A DNA stretch of 20,000 bases from an uncultured virus (IMG/VR IMGVR_UViG_3300035539_000076) (taxonomy: Duplodnaviria > Heunggongvirae > Uroviricota > Caudoviricetes): IMG/VR virus record IMGVR_UViG_3300035539_000076; one strand, 5' to 3'. The position numbers were made by a program, and so were the translations under genes. Under the pieces are notes generated by a model. The model had not been told where the DNA came from. It was given only the letters and a program-made list of their open reading frames with translations, and made no database searches. Of this stretch, positions 14,691 through 20,000 are shown in pieces. How positions within the stretch are numbered: the stretch's first letter is position 1; each line of letters opens with the position of its first letter.

Positions 14691-14791
14691 AGGGGTTTGT
14701 GAAACATTTGCGTGTTAATTTGGTATTAATCAAGTCATTATTATTGTATCATAATTATAAGTGAAATACAATCTCAATTTACATTTCGCTG

Positions 14792-14820
14792 AAAATGGGT
14801 AGGCAATGTCACACCTACCC
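14792..14820 (-). terminator. Intrinsic terminator after 14834..15892
   Basis: GGGTAGG-10 nt loop-CCTACCC-ATTTT. Confidence 0.6.
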
Positions 14821-14833
14821 TGCATGTTGATTC

Positions 14834-15892
14834 TTAGATTTGATATATAGCATTAACTATATTTTGCACATGTTCTATGTTATCCACATATAACTCTAAA
14901 GGTTTATAATATATCTTATTTGGTATTACAGTTAAACGACTGTTGTTTTTTATATCATAAAATATATCCTGTAAAGCTGTTTTTCTTATTTTTGGGAATG
15001 TACTTGCAACCTTTCTTTTCAAATTAGATTCTAATATCTCATCTATTTGATTTAGAAAAGATGATCCATTTTGTTCGTCTAAATAAGAGGTTGACTCTAA
15101 CTCTAATGAATAGCCTCCAGTTTTGCCATACTGGACTATTATCTTAGTTAACGAAGATCTTAGTTCCATGGTTATTTTATCATCAGGATTTCCACCATAG
15201 ACTTTACAAGTATTGAATATCAAAGGAGATTTAGGTATAAACGAATAAAGATATTCGGTTAAACCATCTACATCCATTTCATCTTGTCTATGTAGGAATT
15301 CGAATAACTTTTTAAAATTTTTCTTTGACATTTCAGCGTACATCTTGCTAAAATTGAATATATTCAAATCTATAACATTCTGGTAAACCCTGAAAGTATG
15401 GATTTTATCATCTTGATTATTCAAAATGTCATTAACTTTGGTGATAGGACTTATAGCCAACTTACCTAAGTATTCCATATACTTCTTGTGCATCCAACTT
15501 CCTTTTATGTTAGATTTATCGTATAGGTGGAGTGTGTATCTCGTGTTTTTGATGTCTATAAATTCTGACACGATATAAGCTACAGAATCGATACCTTTGC
15601 CTGTTCTTTCTATAAACTCTAAAATATTCTCTGGATAAAATCCTATTATATAATTTCTTCTAGGGTCGTATGTATTTGTTAATTCTAGTTTTTTGTTTTT
15701 CTTTTTAGCTATTTGAGGGGATAATCTTGCAAAAATGCCCAATTTTAGTTTTTGCCCTTCGTATTTGATTTCCCTAAAGAAATTTATGTTGGTAAGTTCT
15801 CCGTATATATCGTTTTTCAAAATATTTTTTAACCTATCATACCCTGTATATTGTAAAGGTTTTGTATTGCCAATAGTCACATATTTGGCCAT
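14834..15892 (-). CDS. Hypothetical protein (352 aa)
   Basis: Long ORF, GAGGTGA RBS; no family recognised. Confidence 0.85.
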   Translation of the reverse strand: MAKYVTIGNTKPLQYTGYDRLKNILKNDIYGELTNINFFREIKYEGQKLKLGIFARLSPQIAKKKNKKLELTNTYDPRRNYIIGFYPENILEFIERTGKGIDSVAYIVSEFIDIKNTRYTLHLYDKSNIKGSWMHKKYMEYLGKLAISPITKVNDILNNQDDKIHTFRVYQNVIDLNIFNFSKMYAEMSKKNFKKLFEFLHRQDEMDVDGLTEYLYSFIPKSPLIFNTCKVYGGNPDDKITMELRSSLTKIIVQYGKTGGYSLELESTSYLDEQNGSSFLNQIDEILESNLKRKVASTFPKIRKTALQDIFYDIKNNSRLTVIPNKIYYKPLELYVDNIEHVQNIVNAIYQI

Positions 15893-15909
15893 GCTTTTTC
15901 ACCTCTCAT

Positions 15910-15936
15910 AAATAAAGAAGCCCAATTAAGGGCTTC
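15910..15936 (-). terminator. Intrinsic terminator after the helicase
   Basis: GAAGCCC-TTAATT-GGGCTTC-TTTATTT. Confidence 0.7.
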
Positions 15937-17671
15937 AAATCCTTTTGTTTTTCATAACTCTTATTCTGTTATTACTCTGTTTTTTCTTTGGTTTAGGTTT
16001 TTCTATCTTCCCAATAACCTTTTCTTTTTTCGGTTGTTTGATTATTTCTTCTGGTTCATCATCTATAATAGCCACTTTAGCTTTTTTAACGTCTTTATTT
16101 TTTTCTTCTTGTTTTTCTAACTGTTTCTTTTTGAAGAATTCAAATTCCATAAGTTCTTCATGTACTATATCATCTACCAGATCATTTCTTTTTAATTGCT
16201 GATGCCTGGGCTTGTTTAGTTTAAGATATAAATTATAGCCTTGTATTGACTCATTTAAAAATAACTTCCCATAACTTCTGGTGATTGCAACATACGCTAT
16301 GTTAATCTCTTCTGCGTCTTGGCCACGTATTTTTCCAGTTTCACTTGTTTGGGAAACTTTACTAAGATCGATAAGCTCGGTGAAATCTTCATTTAACCTA
16401 ACTGCAGGATATTCCATACCTTTTGATTTATGTACTGTAGAGAATATAACATCGGCATCTTTTTTCTTTAAATCAGGCAGTGATTTTATAATTTTCATAT
16501 ATTTAGGTATTTCATATGTATATACTTGTATTACTTTAACTGCTGTAGATAAAACTCTGTCATTGGCTTCTTCTATATAATCAAGTAAATCATCCCAGTG
16601 TTTATATAATTTTATTTCTGGACTTTTAATATATTTTTTCTTACCTAAGTATAAGTTGTATACATCCCAAATGAGAGAAAAGTTATAACTACGTTTTCCA
16701 CCTTCAAATGCTATTTTATTACCTTTTTTTATTTGGTCTATTAATCCCGCAAACACTCCTATATTACTTCTACATAAATATGTGTATGGATATGAAACAA
16801 CTGGTTCTATTTTTTGATTGGGATTTAGCCCTGATATTTTTATCTTTTTTTTATCATTTACTATACTTAGAATGCCTCGGGCTAAATCTGCTACCTCTTG
16901 TGAAAATCTGAAAGATTTAGATAATGGATATGCCTTAAAATCATGAAAATATTCTAAAGCATTTACCGACATTCTGAACCCATATATCTGTTGAAACCTA
17001 TCTCCGACCAGTACCATCTTTGCATGATTCTGCCTTTTAAGTATATCTATAAATACCCCATTTAAATCTTGAGCTTCATCTACGAATATATGGTCATACT
17101 TCAATATTGGATTGGATAATTGATAAAGCTTTAAATAAAAACTATGGGATATTTTAGTTGAAGTATTTAGATCTTTTTTTAATTCGAAAAGTTTGTGTAA
17201 GTCGTTTATGAGTTTTTTATCAAAACTATGCCAATTGAAATGAACTTCAGATAAAGGCATATCTTCTATATACCTATAGGCAGAATTCAAGTATAAGTTG
17301 AAAAACCTCAAAATAGATGAAGCATATCTTATATTGATACTATTTCTTTTTAATCCTAAATCTTGTAGAACGTCAATAACCTTATAATCATTAACGAGTT
17401 TATCTTTGTATTTGTATCCAACGTGTTTATATGCCAATGCATGAAAAGTTTTTATAGTTAAATTTTTTATATCCGAACCTTTATGTTTTAATTCTATCTC
17501 AATGCTTTTATTAAATGCCAGATATAGAACTTTTTCATTGTTGGAAATGGTTCTTATTTTGTGTAATATGGTTGTAGTTTTACCAGAGCCAGCCACTGCC
17601 TCTACTAAAATCTTCGGTTCATTTGCGTTTATAATATCCTGTTGTTCGTCAGTCAAATTAATGGTAATCAC
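15935..17671 (-). CDS. UvrD/Rep-like superfamily 1 helicase with a Lys-rich C-terminal tail
   Basis: AVAGSGKTT (Walker A), TFHALA, VDEAQD (Walker B), VGDRFQQIYGFR, LSKSFRF, STVHKSKGMEY, YVAITR; start codon uncertain. Confidence 0.93.
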   Translation of the reverse strand: MITINLTDEQQDIINANEPKILVEAVAGSGKTTTILHKIRTISNNEKVLYLAFNKSIEIELKHKGSDIKNLTIKTFHALAYKHVGYKYKDKLVNDYKVIDVLQDLGLKRNSINIRYASSILRFFNLYLNSAYRYIEDMPLSEVHFNWHSFDKKLINDLHKLFELKKDLNTSTKISHSFYLKLYQLSNPILKYDHIFVDEAQDLNGVFIDILKRQNHAKMVLVGDRFQQIYGFRMSVNALEYFHDFKAYPLSKSFRFSQEVADLARGILSIVNDKKKIKISGLNPNQKIEPVVSYPYTYLCRSNIGVFAGLIDQIKKGNKIAFEGGKRSYNFSLIWDVYNLYLGKKKYIKSPEIKLYKHWDDLLDYIEEANDRVLSTAVKVIQVYTYEIPKYMKIIKSLPDLKKKDADVIFSTVHKSKGMEYPAVRLNEDFTELIDLSKVSQTSETGKIRGQDAEEINIAYVAITRSYGKLFLNESIQGYNLYLKLNKPRHQQLKRNDLVDDIVHEELMEFEFFKKKQLEKQEEKNKDVKKAKVAIIDDEPEEIIKQPKKEKVIGKIEKPKPKKKQSNNRIRVMKNKRI

Positions 17672-17686
17672 CTCCCTTGCCGTAGG

Positions 17687-17695
17687 ATTATATCA
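17687..17695 (-). promoter_or_regulatory. Extended -10 promoter (TGATATAAT) for the helicase
   Basis: TGnTATAAT just upstream of GGGAGG. Confidence 0.6.
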
Positions 17696-17710
17696 CATAA
17701 TTCTTTTTTA

Positions 17711-18043
17711 TTAAAGCCCAACACGGGTTTTAAAATCTTCTGTATTTTTATATTCTAACAAAGTAAAGTATCTTATAGTTGTTGCATTATTAATTTCATC
17801 ATATTCATGATATCTCTCATGTAACGTAGCTAATATATCTGCATATATCTCACCCATAGCCTGAGAATATTTATCTGTTTCGTCAACTATACTCTGAGGA
17901 TATATTTGCGTCATGGCTATGGTGATCATCAGCTGTACGTGAGATTTCATTGGTTCATTAGAATCCCTTATGTAACCGTTTTTCTCAAATTCATGGTTTA
18001 TTAATTGCATAGCTTTTTCTTTAACTTTATCTTTATTAACCAT
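17711..18043 (-). CDS. Hypothetical protein (110 aa)
   Basis: ORF with AAGGAG RBS. Confidence 0.85.
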   Translation of the reverse strand: MVNKDKVKEKAMQLINHEFEKNGYIRDSNEPMKSHVQLMITIAMTQIYPQSIVDETDKYSQAMGEIYADILATLHERYHEYDEINNATTIRYFTLLEYKNTEDFKTRVGL

Positions 18044-18060
18044 ATTAGTTCATCTCCTTA

Positions 18061-18564
18061 TTACATTTTTTTTTCAAATTCAACCATGCTTGCTATTTTG
18101 TTGTCATATACCTCAGTGTCTTTGCATAATGTTAGTGTCATATCTCCTTCTGTATATGTGAGTATAGCTTGCTTTTTATAATGATAAAATCCATTCCAAC
18201 CATATTTTTCATATTTTTCTAGTTCTTCCAGCTTCTTGAAATTATACTTGTTCACATATTCCACAAAATGAGCATAGTCGTGTATATATGTTCTGAATAT
18301 ATATGTTTTAGGATCTTTTTCAAAATCGAAATCATCTAACATCTTAACTACATTTTCGTCTATTATCTGGCCGTTTCTTACAGCTACTTGATAATCAAAA
18401 TTTACCGGGATACTAGGTTCACCTTCAAATCCCGAAGCTGTATATAACTGTTGTTCACCTCGATACTTTTTATAATACTTGTTTAGATTATCTTTGAAAA
18501 CTGTTCTGTTCCAAGAGTCTGTCCCTAAAGGATATAATTTCTTTAAATTACTTGTTGTTGCCAT
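18061..18564 (-). CDS. Hypothetical phage protein (167 aa), apparently two small domains
   Basis: AAGGAGTGA RBS favours the ATG at 18564; G.DSWNR.VFKD...LYT...FEGEP and LTYTEGD motifs. Confidence 0.8.
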   Translation of the reverse strand: MATTSNLKKLYPLGTDSWNRTVFKDNLNKYYKKYRGEQQLYTASGFEGEPSIPVNFDYQVAVRNGQIIDENVVKMLDDFDFEKDPKTYIFRTYIHDYAHFVEYVNKYNFKKLEELEKYEKYGWNGFYHYKKQAILTYTEGDMTLTLCKDTEVYDNKIASMVEFEKKM

Positions 18565-18718
18565 TTTGATCACTCCTTTTGTTTGTTTTTTTGAATGTTG
18601 GTGAATACACTTCATAACAATATATTCCTTTATGCAAAGTCAAATGTCTTACCTCTCTGCCTTCTTCAATATGTTTCAAAACGCTCTCAATATTCTTGCT
18701 CTGCAATGTTCTACACAT
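18548..18718 (-). CDS. Small hypothetical protein (56 aa)
   Basis: AAGGGGTGA RBS before the ATG at 18718; first gene after a promoter motif. Confidence 0.65.
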   Translation of the reverse strand: MCRTLQSKNIESVLKHIEEGREVRHLTLHKGIYCYEVYSPTFKKTNKRSDQNGNNK

Positions 18719-18738
18719 AAAATCACCCCTTTGATTTT

Positions 18739-18765
18739 GTAATGATAACATATAATATATACCAA
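18739..18765 (-). promoter_or_regulatory. Promoter-like motif, long subtype
   Basis: TTGGTATATATTATATGTTATCATTAC. Confidence 0.8.
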
Positions 18766-18786
18766 AAAACAAACATATTTTGCAAG

Positions 18787-18828
18787 CGTATAAGTAAAAA
18801 AAAGAAGACCATCAAAGGCCTTCTTTTT
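18787..18828 (-). terminator. Probable terminator with ACTTATACG tail variant
   Basis: AGAAGGCC-TTTGAT-GGTCTTCT hairpin overlapping the stop, then a T-tract and ACTTATACG. Confidence 0.65.
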
Positions 18829-19003
18829 CTATAACCATCCTCAACCAAGTGAGGAAAAGGATGACACCTATAGACGCCGGCATCATCCATACCACCATCA
18901 ACAACGGTGGGGTGAATACTCTGAAGGCCATAAGGCCTAAGAATATTGCATTCTCTATAATTGCAAGCCACCATATTATGGCAATTATTTTTTTTAAATT
19001 CAT
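18812..19003 (-). CDS. Small membrane protein with two predicted TM helices (63 aa)
   Basis: Two hydrophobic stretches; AAGGAGG RBS; own promoter, leader and terminator. Confidence 0.8.
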   Translation of the reverse strand: MNLKKIIAIIWWLAIIENAIFLGLMAFRVFTPPLLMVVWMMPASIGVILFLTWLRMVIEKEGL

Positions 19004-19017
19004 TTTATTACCTCCTT

Positions 19018-19056
19018 TTGGGTGCGGTCGATTTCTCGTTTACCGTCTTATCCCAA
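19018..19056 (-). ncRNA. Conserved structured 5' leader motif, copy 4 (most divergent)
   Basis: UUGGG-AUAAGA-CGGU-AAA-CGA-GAAA-UCG-ACCG-CA-CCCAA then AAGGAGG. Confidence 0.65.
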
Positions 19057-19073
19057 CATATTATATATACCAA
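19056..19073 (-). promoter_or_regulatory. Repeated promoter-like motif TTGGTATATATAATATGT
   Basis: Exact copy of the 18-mer. Confidence 0.8.
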
Positions 19074-19143
19074 TATATAGCCGTGATTTGTTGTGTGATA
19101 TGCTAAAATATTAATGATTATAATGATAATAAGGAGATGATAT

Positions 19144-20000
19144 ATGATGGACTGGTCTAAATTCAACAAAGGTCTTTTAACCGAGAGGTACGTGGTTAGA
19201 CATATAAAAGAAACAAAAAAAGATGATTCAATCCGAACTTTAAGTGCGGGAGGATATCATTCTGCAGCCATAACAGAAATAGGGAAGTTGTATATTTGGG
19301 GATGGAATTATCACGGTCAACTTGGGGATGGCACTACAACTCAACTAAATGCCCCAACGCTAATAGATGCGTTTGGTGGTGAAAAGATAGTGTCTGTTAG
19401 TTTAGGACAATACTATTCCTCAGCCATAACGGAGACAGGTAAACTTTATACTTGGGGGTATAATTATTATGGTCAACTTGGCGATGGTACTACGACTCAG
19501 CGAAATACTCCAACCTTAATAGATTCGTTTGACGGCGAGAAAATAGTAGCTGTTAGTTTAGGTTATTATCACTCCTCAGCCATAACGGAGACAGGTAAGT
19601 TATATACTTGGGGGTCCAATGGTTATGGCCAACTTGGTGATGGCAGTACAACTCAACGAAATACCCCAACCCTCATAGACGCATTTGGTGGAGAGAAGAT
19701 AGTGGCAGTTAGTTTAGGAACGTATCACACTTCAGCCATAACAGAAACAGGTAAACTCTATACTTGGGGCTATAATTATTACGGCCAACTTGGCGATGGC
19801 AGTACAACCAATATATCTACTCCAACCTTAATAGATTCATTTGGCGGCGAGAAGATAGTGGCTGTTAGCTTAGGTCAATATCATTCCTCAGCCATAACAG
19901 AAACAGGTAAACTCTATACTTGGGGCTATAATTATTACGGCCAACTTGGCGATGGTACTACAACTCAACGAAATACCCCAACCCTCATAGACGCATTTGG
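19144..20000 (+). CDS. RCC1/BLIP-II repeat beta-propeller protein (partial, runs off the window; not in ORF track)
   Basis: AAGGAG RBS; 52-aa repeats VSLGxYHSSAITETGKLYTWGxNxYGQLGDGxTTQRNTPTLIDxFGGEKIVA. Confidence 0.93.
   Translation, partial: MMDWSKFNKGLLTERYVVRHIKETKKDDSIRTLSAGGYHSAAITEIGKLYIWGWNYHGQLGDGTTTQLNAPTLIDAFGGEKIVSVSLGQYYSSAITETGKLYTWGYNYYGQLGDGTTTQRNTPTLIDSFDGEKIVAVSLGYYHSSAITETGKLYTWGSNGYGQLGDGSTTQRNTPTLIDAFGGEKIVAVSLGTYHTSAITETGKLYTWGYNYYGQLGDGSTTNISTPTLIDSFGGEKIVAVSLGQYHSSAITETGKLYTWGYNYYGQLGDGTTTQRNTPTLIDAF
19267..20000 (+). repeat. 156-bp tandem coding repeat, about 4.7 copies in the window
   Basis: GCCATAAC at 19267, 19423, 19579, 19735 and 19891. Confidence 0.95.

Noticed and set aside
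594..19106. Opposite-strand ORFs in the track (e.g. 594..785, 983..1186, 2160..2363, 3482..3814, 3795..3980, 4221..4520, 4692..4916, 8243..8563, 10400..10886, 15945..16911, 18849..19106) and the same-strand alternative-frame ORF 18723..18974
   Set aside because: Shadow ORFs overlapping better-supported genes, without RBS or plausible composition.
19144..20000. Diversity-generating retroelement target
   Set aside because: Some variable codons are NNY, but others (TGG, ACG, CAA, GGA) are not, and no reverse transcriptase or template repeat is in the window.
1..20000. Alternative genetic code, tRNA or rRNA genes, and a firm host assignment
   Set aside because: Genes tile densely under the standard bacterial code using all three stop codons; no cloverleaf or rRNA seen; signal-peptide and RBS style fit Thermotogota or Bacillota hosts but are not diagnostic.

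Overview
This AT-rich, gene-dense segment is most consistent with a large (jumbo-type) bacteriophage genome; it has strong AGGAGG ribosome-binding sites and no core bacterial genes. Most of it is a minus-strand region of short hypothetical genes, probably early/accessory, driven by a repeated TTGGTATAT promoter-like motif (8 copies). A plus-strand cluster of Gly/Ala-rich, probably virion-associated proteins interrupts it (4183-6678), and it ends in a partial RCC1-repeat gene. Recognisable proteins are a UvrD/SF1 helicase, an FmdB-type zinc ribbon, a DUF1281/YubB-like protein, an RCC1 beta-propeller and a small NxTPH-motif protein that may be a Crn4-like ring nuclease. The strongest signal is non-coding: (i) a complete type II hammerhead ribozyme with pseudoknot at 3282-3347; (ii) a four-copy 5' leader RNA motif with compensatory base changes in all three helices, directly before the RBS; (iii) a two-copy hairpin with a conserved GCNUAUAA loop; (iv) three back-to-back promoter-palindrome-terminator units with no ORF (1804-2060); (v) cassette-like promoter-leader-gene-terminator-tail modules. 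All structure and function calls were made by eye, without database searches.
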